Assembly: GCF_009914755.1 (NCBI RefSeq)
Contig: NC_060928.1
From: the human T2T-CHM13v2.0 reference genome, Homo sapiens
DNA: 64,000 bases
Direction: 5' to 3' (one strand)
The notes beneath the pieces are model-generated. The model worked only from the letters and a program-made list of their open reading frames with translations. It ran no database searches and was not told the origin of the DNA. Both the position numbers and the translations under genes were made by a program. Of this stretch, positions 1 to 14,899 are shown piece by piece (position 1 is the stretch's first letter; each line of letters begins with the position of its first letter).

Positions 1-870
1 CTGTGTGGAGAAGAGAGCATAGCAATGCGGCCGTGGAAGCAGAGAGACAGGTGCTTGGATTGTTGTCATAATTGAGGCAAGAGTTGATGCTATCTTAGAC
101 CCAGGATCATAGTATTAAGGTGGTGAGGGGTGACTGATTTGTTGGAAAGTGGACCTGACAGAATTTGCTGGCAGATTGGATGGTTGGGTGTGAGAGAAAG
201 CAAGGCATCAAGGGTGACTCTTAAGGTTTTTGGATTGAGTGAATGCTAGTGCCATTTATTGACCTAGATGAGTTGGGGAAGGATCAAGTTTAGGAGGAAA
301 TCCAAAAATCTGTTTTCGATATGCTAAGCTTGAGGTGCCTGTTAGACATCGTAAGTGGAAATGTTGAATAGGTAGTTAAGTGTACATACAAGTTGAATGC
401 AGGAGAGAAGTCTGGAGATAATAAATTTGGGAGTTGTCAACCTTTAAATTTTTAAACAGTATAGATTATAAAGAGAGGAAAAGAGGGCTGAGAACTCAGC
501 TCTGGGCATTTTAAAGGTCAGTTGGAGCAGTTGTGGTCCTGAAAGCAAAATGTGTTGAGAGCTTCTGAGAAAATGAAGTAAAATGAGGACAGAAAAGTGC
601 CGTGAGATGCATCTGTCTGGAAATCCTTGGTGGCTTTGAAAAGCAGTTGTAGTGGCGTCTTTGAGATAAAAGGTTGGAGAGATTGCAGGAGATTGGACAG
701 TGAGGAAGAGGCGTTTGCAGAAAAACAGGTAGTGAGAGGGAGGGACAGGAGCATGTAGTCAGTGTTTTCTTTACTTTTGATTTTGAGATGAGAGATAGTT
801 ATGTTTGTATGTTGTTGGAAGTGATCAATAGAAAAGGAAACAGAGTAAAAGTTCTGTGTCAAATTTTGCT
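1..870 (-). mobile_element. Degenerate L2 (LINE-2) fragment in an RBPJ intron
   Basis: Antisense L2-like motifs such as ggagagaagtctggagataataaatttgggagttgtcaac and ctgttagacatcgtaagtggaaatgttgaataggtagtt; boundaries approximate. Confidence 0.65.
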
Positions 871-1256
871 CTTCATCATGATCATCTACTTAGCCATTAC
901 CTTCTAGGTGTCAAGTGTCATATAGGGTTTGATAGTATTATCTTTCAGATATTCATGTGTTTTGTAGACTAGTTGCGTTATAAGCTTTAGAGATCAGTTG
1001 GACAGGCAGCCAGCCCTGGGATCAGGACATATTCTGGTCCTTCAGCTACTAAACTGGTAATTTTGAGCAATTTGTCTGACCTTTCTAAGCCCATTTTGTA
1101 ATCTGTAAAATGAGTTTGATTTTGTTATGTTTTTAAATACGTAAGTTTTGGATAATAGATATAAGACGTTTGCACTGACAGTAGCCTTCTAGAGATTTTT
1201 CCCTTTGATGTTGGAGTATTTGTCATTTTATGCATATTATTGGAAAATATCATTAG

Positions 1257-1428
1257 AACTTGCTGTTCAAAATATGGTCTGTAGGCCAGCAGCATTAACA
1301 TCAACTGGGATTTTGTTAGAAATGCAGAATATCAGGCCCCACAAGAGTCCTGCTAGATCAGAACCTGTGTTTTTCACAAGAACCCCAGCTCATTTATGTG
1401 CACATTAATGTTTGAAAAACACTGATCT
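1257..1428. mobile_element. MER5A-like hAT-Charlie DNA transposon
   Basis: ccagcagcattaacatcaactgggattttgttagaaatgcagaatatcaggcccc...tttgaaaaacactg resembles the MER5A consensus. Confidence 0.75.
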
Positions 1429-1698
1429 AGAAAACAAGTGCCTGCCTGCCTGATTTTTTTTTTTTAGATGTTCAGGGAAGAGGGTAACAGTTTCTACATT
1501 CTGACATGCTTGCAATCTAAAAGTGTTTTTTATTCCTAGTCTTTTTGTTTGTGAATGTTTTTATATATGTAGGCATAGGACAAATAACTGTGATGTATTA
1601 TTATGCAGTATATAGCTTCTATGTACTTTTGATGTTTTACACAAGGAAAATCCTTTCCATGTGTGGATGACCTTTTATTTCTTAATTGTTAAATATAG

Positions 1699-1848
<150 letters not shown>

Positions 1849-2876
1849 TAAATTACTGGTGAAATCTAAAATGTACAAACTGTGAGGTTAGCAGCTTGCA
1901 AAAATATGAAATTTTCATTTGCTGTTAATTATATACAAATACATGAAGCTATACACAGATATTTATCTCAGGTATGAGCATCCTTAACACACAATCCTCA
2001 GACATGCAAGCAATCCTTCCTCAAGGAAGAACTCAAAATTATGAAAATGTTCTCAGAGAAAACAGTTAACATCTAGTTCCAGGGTTCTTAATTGAAGAAC
2101 AAAGAGCCCCTCAGGATATCCAAAAATAGATTTTCAGTGCTCATTGAATCCTCTGAAATTGTGTGCAAACATTGTATAGACAAAGCATTTTTCTGGGTGA
2201 AGGCTCAAAATCTCATCAGATTTATGTCGTGGTTTCCGAAGATAGTAATGATGACATGCTTTGAAAGCTAATGTTTTACATTTACTCAGAAGGCTTTCAT
2301 GAGGTTATGACATGGGCAGATGATTTAATAAGACAGTTATGGTTTCATGTGAAACTCCTTTGCAGAGAGATGCCCATACACACTGATGGGCATGCTGAGT
2401 CCCTGGTCTAGGTGTGTTAAGGTAGGGGTAGGGGCTTTGCCTTCCCATCTTGATTCCCTCCCATGGAACATGCATAAGCTTCTAGCTGTTGCCTAAGCAT
2501 GAGGAGTCCCATTGTCTTTCTTAGGAGTCCTTGAAGAGTTTTAAACAGCCATTTACATCACAGATATTGATCTGCTGTTAATGAAATTGTACCTGCATTG
2601 GTATACTCATAATGGTTGTTCTGAAAGGTATTATTATTTAATATGTCACTGAAATAGTTTGTATTATAAGAAAAACTGCTGTCTATGGGGTTTCTGTATT
2701 AGCATTCTGTTTGTGTTTATGTAGGGATTGGCAAAGCACCATGCTTTAGAAAGTTTATAAGTTTTTACTGAGTTATCTTCTTATTAACTCTTGTCTGAGG
2801 GTTACTTGGTAAAATTTTCTTATCCTATTAATACAAACTGTATAAAACTTAGTTTCTAAACTTCTTTCTTTATTAG

Positions 2877-3086
<210 letters not shown>

Positions 3087-3352
3087 TGACCTGGCATCAT
3101 TTCATTTCATGGGAGTTTTGATTTTTCTCCAATCGTCTGATTAGGGGATTTTTATATACACCATTTGTTGATTTAAAGAAAAAAAAACAAAATTAGGAGG
3201 AGCGTACTTGCCAGAAAATTTAAATGTAAATAAACTTGTATGTTATCTTGAAATGTTTTTAGCTAGCTTTGTAATAAAAAACATTTTAATTGCCCTTTTT
3301 TAAAAAAAACAAATGAAAGTTGAATGAGAATCTAATTTGTGTACTTTAATGA

Positions 3353-3986
<634 letters not shown>

Positions 3987-4160
3987 CTACCGTCTTTTTG
4001 CTAGGACTTAAACTGACTTGAGTGTGGCAAAAAGTTAACAAAAAAGGAGAAAAAATGAACAATCGTTTGTGGTTTCTTGGGAAAACTTTTCATACCAGGT
4101 GATACTATTCAAAAACCCCGTTGTCTCCCTGCAAGTGCTGATTTGAAATGCAGAAGCCAC

Positions 4161-4191
<31 letters not shown>

Positions 4192-7100
4192 GAAAAAAAA
4201 ATCAAAATGTATAAATATTGGAAATCAAGTTTTTCAGCTGTTTTGTTGGTTGGTTGGTTGGTTTTTGTTTGGTTTTGTTTAAATGGGCAAGAAGTAAATA
4301 ATGTGGCTGGAATACAAGTTGAACAAACTAGAAGACACAAATCTAACATAGTTTTTATGGACCAAGGAACTTGTATATTGTATAAGCTTTAGTAAAAGGT
4401 ACATTTTCACCATACCTTTTTTTATATCACGGTATTATAGTACACCTTGTTACCAAATAGGTTGTTCTCTTCCCCACCCACCTTTGAGCTTTTGCTCTAA
4501 AATACATTCAGGTTCCAAGCCTGACCATCCTTGTTTAATCTATCATACTCTTCCAGGTTTTTTTTTTTTGGTCTAAGGCTGGAACTTTTTTCTTTTTTTT
4601 CAGCTGAAGTCTTATGACTTTTCATGAGTCAAAATTGTTTGGATTTCAGCAAGTCAAATCTTGCAAAGGCCTGCATATTTTTTTTAAGATTATATGAAGT
4701 CTGTGCAAAAGCTTTAAAAAAATGCCTCTGCCTTGCCTGCAATACATGCAATGTATGTTAACTTAGTCTCTCTTCTCAGACACTGTTGGTAGTTATTTCT
4801 GTGTTTTCCTTTTTTTAAAAAAAAATATGGACTTATTGTGGTTATCTGAGAGGTTCTAACATTCACATGCAATTTGGTGTGGCCATTTAGCTATTAATGA
4901 GTTAATGGCGCAGAACTTGTTGATATTTGAAGTGTTCTCTCCCCTTTTCCCATGACGTAAATACATAGGTGTGTTCCAGGATTTGTTCAGGTTTTTCCCC
5001 CCTCCTAATCTTGTACATAACTTGTATTATGTGTAAGTTAAACATTTTATTTTGAACTTGGAATGTTCCCAGTGATTTCATTCAGCAGGGTATTTTCTGC
5101 CTTGTTGGCAAGTGACAAAAAATATGGGAAGTATTTGCTACCAGTTGGTAGATGGTGCCCTTAATGGTAGAATGAGGAAAATGTCCGCAAAAGCATGTTT
5201 TATTATCTTTACTTTTTTGGGGGGTTGGAGGGGGTAGCCTAGCCAGAACATCATTGTAATCTTAAAACATAAGATGCTTTTATTAGATGATCAACTAAAA
5301 TAGCTGGAAGACAGTACTTTAGAAACAGATAGTTGTAAGATTATAAAATGCAAATGTAACTTATGTTTTCATTTTTTTCTCTGCCTTTTTTGTTTGTTTG
5401 TTTTCTCTTTTCCAGTACTGAGCATCTCCACAAATGTCTCCTAACTCAGAAAATGTTTCTTTTCTTTTCAGTTGAGATTTGGTTGCATTCAGGGTTGTAG
5501 GTTGGCCTTGCTTGCTAACCCCGCCGGTTTTACCGTGCTTTCATTCCTGAACTTTGTTTATGCCTTTGTTTGGTTTCTTCGAAATTGCAGCAGACTCATT
5601 GGGCTACATTTAGTACAGGAACCACGTGTGTAATGTTATACAACACAGTCTAGTAATACAATCATCCCTCTTAGAGTAAAAACTACCTCTAGATTGTGGT
5701 AAGCTTTTACTGTCCCATAAAACAGGAGCCACAGTACCTTATGAATGCAAAACTGTAACTTCCTACAGTGTTTCCCTACAGAACATTGTCTTTCTGGTGT
5801 CCTGGGCTGTTTTGAAAAAGTTTCCATTAATAGACTTTTTAGAAATTATTATTAGTAGCATTTTTTTTCCAGCTTTGCTGTCTTCATCACTCACTCTATG
5901 CTCAGACTATGCCACTGTAAATATTCTTCCTAACATCTTTAAATCGCCTTTTCCTCAGTTTTCAAGGGGAAGGTCATTTGTAAAGCACGTTAGGTGGTTA
6001 AATCAGTTATTGCGGTTTTCTCTTACTGCAAGCCTTTTTAATCACCCCCAGGCTGCATTTTATTCTATATCGCCTTTTTTCTTCAAATCTGCTCCAATCA
6101 CTCACTTCTCTCTTATAAGCTAATCCTGCCTCACACCTTAAATCTGTTTCAGTGATCAAGGGCAGAACTCATTGTGGCCTTATCTTTCTTTGTTGTAATT
6201 GTTCACTGTCTCTTTCTTACAGACCACTTATTTCTGAGTAGTAGTTATTCCTCTCTATGGAGTCATGGCAGGAATCATTACACAGTGCTTTTGTTCAGAG
6301 CATGGACATGTTCCTAGTGCTGCTTTGCTTTAACGGCCACAAGTTTCCTCCACTTCCTAGGTTTGGTATTTAGTTAAGGAATCATATTAAATTAACCAAT
6401 AACAAAAGAGATACTTTTGAAGAACAAACTATTCCTTACCCATTTTTGTAGCTCAAAAATAATTTTTCAAGTTCATGACCTTATTAAAATGAACTTGTGT
6501 TTTTTTAACAAACGTGTATGTTTTATTTTGATAGTTTCTTTCCGTAAGATAATTGAAATATTATACTGTAAACCCTTTTCTTTTCTTTTTTTGAAAAGTC
6601 CAAGAATGTACTTATACAGGCATTTTTCCCCACCTATTTTTGGCCATTCTCATACCACAGACTAAAGAGTGAAATGATTTGTCCATTGTAGCTTATTGTT
6701 TATCAGTAGTTCTTTTGTCAGCTGCTTACATTTTTTCTTTCATGGTTTTGTGAATCATTTTCAGTATGTAATTTATAGGAACCTTGTCCTCTGGTTATAG
6801 TAGACTGTGTGCCCTCCTCCAGTGATGGCATTATTAGACATGCTGGTCATTTACCCTCAGAAAGACTCTCTTATTAGAATGGTGAGTGCTTCAGTTATAG
6901 TATGTTTGAATTTTTAAAAAATTCTGTTTTAGAAATGTATCTTATGCTCTCATGACTATGCAGTTTCTAAACATACACATAGAAGCTGAGTCTCTGATCC
7001 AATATGTTTTTATTTGTTCCATTTAATTTATCACATAGATTGGGAAGGCAAGCTAAAAGCCTTAAAAATGCCCTTTATATTTTGAGTGATTTCAGCGTTG

Positions 7101-7995
7101 AACACTAGTATACTATCTAAATTTGCTGCTCACTTTCTTTAAACTGTGGCAATTAAAGGCATGTTTATACATGACTTAATCGTGAAATGTTTGTCACTCT
7201 TACTGCACAGACTTATCTGCAATCATAACTGGTTAGTTTTTTTGTTTTGTTTTGTTTTATTGTTTTTAATGAAACTGGTACCATCTGTGCTTTCACAAAA
7301 AACTTCCAATGCCATTTTTGAGAACTAACCTAACTAGTCATGCTAACCAGAAAATCCACTGGGGAGGAGGTTCCTTTTGAAACAAAATGCTGTTCAGTTA
7401 GTAACCAAGTTACTTTGATTGCAAAAGCAGCTGTGTTTCTGATAAGTACTGAACAAATGTGTGTAATTTTCTGTGCCAGACTTATGACTTTGTTTTCAAG
7501 CACTGTAATGTGGGATGGATGGTTAGAAACAATAATATATTAGGGTTTCTGTTTAACCCTTTCAGGACTGAACTGTATCTCCTTTTGTTAATTTTCCCCT
7601 GTGTTGTGATAAATGTTTGCCAGCATTCAGTACTGTGTTGGTCCAGATGTAGGTTTATATGCTCATTTTTAGCTTATTTCTTGTACCTTGCAGCATGCTC
7701 TACGCATTCAGTCCTTAAGGGGTTTATTTTACAAACTGTGCGCCTGTAAGGTTTATTAGCAATAAGATAGAAAATTGAGCAAGTTTATACCATAATTTTG
7801 TAGAAAAAAAGAATCTGCTCAGTTCCATATTTCATCCGTGAAAAACTTGCAATACGAGCAGTTTCAAGGAATAAATAAAAAGGAAATGTAAACCATTGTA
7901 AAAGTCTTCTGTCGAATGTGCCTGATGCATGTATTATCGTCTTTTATTTCAGAATACTTCATAAAGATAAAATTAAATTCTATATTATAGTTGGT
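3987..7995 (+). other. RBPJ: RBPJ 3' UTR (~4 kb; 3' end approximate)
   Basis: AU-rich sequence with no interspersed repeat that I can recognise, running from the stop codon to the poly(A) signals near 7870-7977; repeats resume at 8354. Confidence 0.75.
7870..7977 (+). terminator. Candidate RBPJ poly(A) signals: overlapping AATAAA at 7870-7875 and 7874-7879, ATTAAA at 7972-7977
   Basis: Hexamers read directly; GU-rich ttggtgtattt follows at 7991. Confidence 0.7.
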
Positions 7996-8353
7996 GTATT
8001 TACAATCTTACCATGTACATCACATCAAAGTGATAGCTCTACTAATTTAATTTCCTTGTCAATGTTTTTAACTATATAGTGCTTTAAAGAGATTTTTTTT
8101 CCCTGTGTAAATGGTGAAATGGGCTTTGTCACTCAAGGGTCATATCTCTCAAATCAGAATCATTTAAAGCTGATTGCAACAAAATTTGAGAATATTACTT
8201 AGCAATAACTTACTTTTCCAATATAAGATGGTCATTTTGTCTGCTATAGGAAGGAACACATAATCGTTTGCCTTTGAGGGGTGGGGGTGGGTCCTAGAAG
8301 TGGGGATAGTATTCTTTAATATGAAACAAAGTTAAATGGGGAAGTTACATAAG

Positions 8354-8648
8354 TTTTTTTTTTTGAGACGGGGTCTTGCTCTGTCGCCCCTGAGCTGGAG
8401 TGCAGTGGCACAGTCCTGGCTCACCACAACCTCTGCCTCCCGAGTTCAAGTGATTCTTCTCCCTCAACCTCCCCAGTAGGTGGGATTACAGGCATGCGCC
8501 ACTGCGCCTGGCTAATTTTTGTATTTTTAGTAGAGACAGGGTTTCACCATGTTGACCAGGCTAGTCTTGAACTCCTGACCTCAGGTAATGTGCCTGCCTC
8601 TGTCTCCCAAAGTGCTGGGATTACAGGCGTGAGCCACCGTGCCCGGCC
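8354..8648 (-). mobile_element. AluS-type SINE
   Basis: Full dimeric antisense Alu with poly-T at the left end, finishing ...gcccggcc. Confidence 0.95.
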
Positions 8649-9901
8649 CATAATTTTTAAATCATAGCAAGTTCAGTTGTTATTGACCCACCCAAAGAAC
8701 GAATCTAAGTTATGAGGATTTTGCAAAAGACATCTGGCTATAAATACTCATTGTTAAGTTAGAAACGAACATTTAGTTGGGGTTTGAATTGTGAGGCCTC
8801 CAGAGGTTGAGAGTGATAGTGAGTCACTCGATTTAGAATTTAGAATAATCTTGTACTCCTTGCTATAAGTACTGCATGGTCACTTTAATCTTATTAAAAA
8901 AATTAAATATATTGGTTTTTTTGGGTCATTGAACCCCTAGATGGCCACCAGTTATGATGATGTGCAAGCCAATTTAGTTTCCAAATCTAGTGAGTCAGCA
9001 CAGAAGGAAGTTTCCACCTCTAAAATAACAACAGCAACAACAAACTAGAAAGATACACTAAAAAGGAAACCCTAACAGAAAGTTTGGTGCTAGAAAACAT
9101 TTAAGGAAGACAGATGAAGCTGTTGTATATAAAGTACAAATAAGACCATTTCATCAAAGAGGTCGAGCTGTAAGCCTCAAGCCCTGTCAGGACCTGTAAG
9201 ACTGAATGGTTATGCCCATGGTTCTTTGTGTTCAGAGTAAGGCTGTCCATATGCCTGGCACATAGGCATTCAACAGAGTTAGGTGCACCTGTAATGTTCA
9301 CCTATATGGAACTCAGGACTAATCTTGGTTTATAGAAAATGCAGGTAAATACTCTTTAATACAGAACAATGAAAAGGTTGTAACTAGTTTCTTGTAAGAG
9401 GCATACTAAATGCAAATAGGTTATTTTATAACTATTAGAATTTCCATGATGTTTTGCTTTGAGGGAGGCACTTTAAATTCTGATGTTCTATGGAAATTTT
9501 TTAAAAAGGTAAGTATGAGGTGTAGGTATATCTACCATTTCTAGCTTTTCATCTCCTTCCAGTCCACTGTCCTGTCATTCAGTGCAGGTGAGCATGTAGG
9601 TCAGTCAATTTCTTGCTTCTTTACCTGTTTGATAATGTCTACTGGTGCTGGGCAGAGTCAGGATGCTCATAATTACTTACATTTCAACTATCTAGAAACA
9701 CTCCCACCATCATCATATAAAGGGGTAAGGAGTGTGACTAGGTTATTCCTGCAGTGGCCTGGAGCTGGCTCTGGCAGCTTTTCTTCTCTTCTAGAACTTT
9801 TTCCTCCCTGCAAGGCTGTCCTTCCCTTTATTCTTCCTCATCACACAACTCAAAAATCAGGGCTTCTGGTTTTCTTCTGCTCGTTAAACCTTCATGACTG
9901 A

Positions 9902-10297
<396 letters not shown>

Positions 10298-10390
10298 TGC
10301 TAACATTCTTAGTTCCCCTGGCCAAGTCTTACACTTGAATATGCGCTAGATTACACAAAGCTAGGGAGAGTGATCATGGACCCCTTAAAG

Positions 10391-10588
10391 CAAGCTTGTC
10401 CAACCCGCGGTCCAGGATGGCTTTGAATGTGGCCCAATGCAAATTTGCCAACTTTCTTAAAACGTGAGATTTTTTTTGCGATTTTTAAATTTTTTTTTGA
10501 GCTATCATTAGCATTAATGTATTTTGTGTATGGCCCAAGACAGTTCTTCCAGTGTGGTCCAGGGAAGCCTAAAGATAAGACACCCCTG
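10391..10588 (-). mobile_element. MER30 hAT DNA transposon
   Basis: caagcttgtccaacccgcgg...gacacccctg ends; 8-bp TSD-like flanks ccttaaag / tcttaaag. Confidence 0.8.
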
Positions 10589-11862
10589 TCTTAAAGCGTT
10601 TTTTTCATCTTAAAGGTAATGGATCTTCATCTATAAATAGAGCCAGTAGTCATTTCTAACGTCAGGTTAGACCTCATGTTTCTGGACCTCACATTGACTT
10701 TAGGAAGACCCAAACTCCAAGGACCAGAGTATGAAATCGTGGCAGAGATTTATGCTCAAATCATAAACACCATTCTGCCGTTGATTATCATCTGGTGGCT
10801 GATTCTGCAGCTCTCCATTGCTAATTTGTTTCATTTAAGTGGGGGGAAATTATGCATAGTTAGGAGAGGACACAAAAAGCTCCTAGCTGTGTTTCTGTCC
10901 TGTCTATCCAGCCCTAGTTTAGCTTCAACGCCCAAGGATCTGCTTTGGCTGTCCTAAGGTTTAGAGATCATTTTGTCTTGGTTCTTCTAGGAGCAACGGG
11001 AGCTCAGTGCTCAGGCCTGATTTTTGCTTGTTCTTTCAAGAAAACAGTGATATGGTTGTTTTGCATTTAATACTTCAAAGGTTTAAAAATGTAGACCTTC
11101 ACTGTGATAGCCATTATTGGACACTTCAAAATATTTTCCATCTTAGTTCTGTCCTGCAGGTTGGACATCTTTTATCATAGGAGTGGCTTATCTAGGGGAC
11201 TGGAATGCATTCCCTCTTTTCTATCTTTAAATACCTGATCAGGATTCCACTTTGCAGGTGAGAATAACTGGTCATGCGAGCCTGGGTCACTTGCCTGTAC
11301 ACTTTGAAGCATCAGTTAAAAGGAACCTCCAGAGGCTCTTTAGTTTCTCTGGTGAGAGGCCTGGAGGTTGCTAGAATGGGAGAAGTGATGCCAGGCAGCC
11401 ATTCTAGAGGACTACAAGCAATAGGTTCAATAATGAACTATCTTCTATTTGCTAAGGGCTTTACATGAAATATTTCTTACTCCTCAAATTCCAGTTAGCT
11501 AATAATACACTGGGAAGCTTTTGGAAAGGATGCCCAGGTCCTGAAGCACAAAGCCCTGCCCATCTCTAGCTTGCAGTCTTCTCTAGAAATGTCCCTTCCA
11601 TGGGCAGGCTTCGCTGCTTTTATTCCCACTATGACTAATAAACTCAGGGTTGCTGAGGGACTTCTGGCAGACTCCGCTGGCCACTGGGCAGAGAACAAAC
11701 GTGCAAGCTCCCATCAGCCTTGTTTTGCCATGGAACAGAGGATCAAAGCGAACTGGTTTGCAAAGAGAAGAATGAAGCAGACACTCCGCAAGAAGTGGGA
11801 GCATTCCCAGCGCCAGTTCCTTCTGAGACTCCACTGTCTTTCCTTCCATTGACATTTGCTGA

Positions 11863-12486
<624 letters not shown>

Positions 12487-13229
12487 ATTAGCCTCTGTCT
12501 TTGAGAAAGTATTAATAACTGTTTGCTCTATTAGTTAATTTAGCTCCTCCACAGCCAGAAACTGTGGATGTGGCAATAAATAAAGGCCTGCAACGTGGAG
12601 CTTTCCTTCTAGTGGAGAGAGGCAAGAAACAGTATGGATGCATGTTTACCTATCAGAGGGCTCAGAGATAGATAGAATCTGACCATCAAAGGACCTTAGC
12701 AGCATCCAGGGTGAGAATTATGTTCTAAATGTACTGATATGTGATGTGGAGCATAAAACTGCTGCCTCTGATGTCACTGTTTATTGCAGTGGGGGTGCCG
12801 TGCACATATCACAGTAAGGTGAAGCTGGTTAAGTAACTTAAGCTTAGCCCAGCTGTCTTTCTCTGGGTCTGTTTCAGCCACCTTGAGGTAACCAGCCCCT
12901 GGGTATACTATTCATCAGGGTAGAATGACCCCTGTGAACTGTAGGGATCGAGAGAGGAGTAAGAGACAAGGAAATCCCACCAGACACTGACACAGCCGAC
13001 TGTGACTCTGGGATTCCTATATACCAAGAAGGCGCTACTTAAAGGGTCTCCAAGGAGTTTCCTGATAGAGAACCCCACCTTAGAGTAGAGTCAGACAAGT
13101 TGGAGGCGGGACGGAAGAGCCAGGCTGACGAAAGGCAAGGGAACTTGCAGATGGGCTGAGGAAACAGCCTCACTGTCACTCTTGGTTTGGTTCAGGAGTG
13201 ACCTCTGTCTACCACAGAATGCAACTAGA

Positions 13230-13510
13230 TGAGTAGCAGGGAAGTCTGAAGCGGGAGGTAGGTGGAAGGAGGAGCGAGCTGGGGGTTGAGAGAGGAAATC
13301 AAGAGTTTTCGCTATGCTCATTTTGAGATCCCTGTTAGACTTCAAGTTGAAAGGACAAGTAGGCAGTTGGATCTCCATGTCTGGAGTTCGGGGCGATGTC
13401 TGTGCTGGATGGGAACATTTGGGAGTCAGTCACTTGGACATGATATTTAAAGCCATCATCCTGAGGAGATCACCAAGGGAGGGGTGTATGGAGAAGAGGT
13501 GAGCCCCGGG
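13230..13510 (-). mobile_element. L2 fragment
   Basis: ttttgagatccctgttagacttcaagttgaaaggacaagtaggcagttgg...ttgggagtcagtca, a typical antisense L2 pattern. Confidence 0.65.
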
Positions 13511-14899
13511 GGAGGGCGTGAGATACCAAGTCACTCTCAGGTCTTCAGTGTGACTCCCGAGATTCTGCATTTTCCAGCATGCTCCCACGTGACACCGATG
13601 CTGCTGGTCAAAAGACCCCGCTTCGGGTGGCAGGAGCTTAGTGTGTCCACAGACAGAAGTGAGAGTGATTGACAAGAAGTGAAAGAGTGGCTTTGCTCCA
13701 TAAAAGTAATTATTTTTAGTGATTGTTACTGTTTTCCAAATAACTGTTAACAGTCATTTTAGAATTTGCTGCCTTGTTTTTTTAAACAGAGTTAAAATTT
13801 CTCCTTATACTTGAGAAGGCCCATATACCAAATTACAAATGGGATAGTCAGATAATGTGATAATGTGGCCCGTCTAAAAGCTAAAATATTCATATGCAAC
13901 TGTAGTCACGATACAGAGGCTTGCATTACCTAACCGTGTGCATAAACCTCAGAGCCTTTTGACATCCAAGGCGAAGTTGCTGTATGTAGAAGTTCGCATA
14001 CAGTTGTTGGGCAACTCCTGAGTTTAAAAAACCTTTGGTTTGGGGGAAAAGAAACACCTCAGTTTTAATTGGCGAGCTCCCCTACTCATGAGAGCAGTTC
14101 TGCAAATTCAGAGAGGCTAAATTATCACAAAAACCTAATAAGAGGTATCTGTGCTGAGATTCACAGACAGAGACAATCCTCAGAGCTGTGTCTCCTCACT
14201 CAAACTGGCCAGGCGTATCTGTAGAGAAACCTTCCTGTGGCCTGGCTCTGGAAGGGCCGTGCTTTCTTTTCCACACTGTGATTTGAGATCTAAATGACAC
14301 CAACAAAGACACAGGTGCCTTCTAGGGAGGGGATTGTGGATACAAGGTGAGCAGAGAGAAGCAAAGTAGAGGGAGAGGTCCCAGAAATGTGGAGGTCCCA
14401 AAGACGGGTTGTCAGAAGACAATTGAGATGTGCACTCCCGTCACTAATGAGATTTGGAACACACGTGTGTGTGAATGTGCATCCCCACTACCACCACACA
14501 CTGCAAACCTGCTCTGAAAATGTTTCAACAAAACCAAGGAGTCTCTTTTTGGAATGTGATGCTTAACATTTTCTGTCATGTGATTTGAACACCGGCCAAG
14601 TGTGTGCAAAGAGCAGAGCTTCGGACACAGTTACTGGAGTTTGACTCATTGTGGACAAGTGGAGAGAAAGACGACTTTGTAGGCGCAAGAGCCCAGGCAA
14701 ACCTGGGGCTTTGCTTTTGTTTTTTGTGTTCGTTTTAACATTTGTAATAGACATGGAGATATTTTCAAAGATTGAAAGTAGCATGTTAGGGCATATGAAA
14801 TACTTTGTTTTCTGAGATGTAAAAAAATTGCAAACTCACATTTTGTTAACTAGGTGCAGATCACTTCATTATAGTGTTGCCTGAAATATTGCACATCCT

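Noticed and set aside
8934-8947. CTCF-like CCCCTAGATGGCCA downstream of RBPJ
   Set aside because: Three mismatches to the core consensus; too weak without ChIP data
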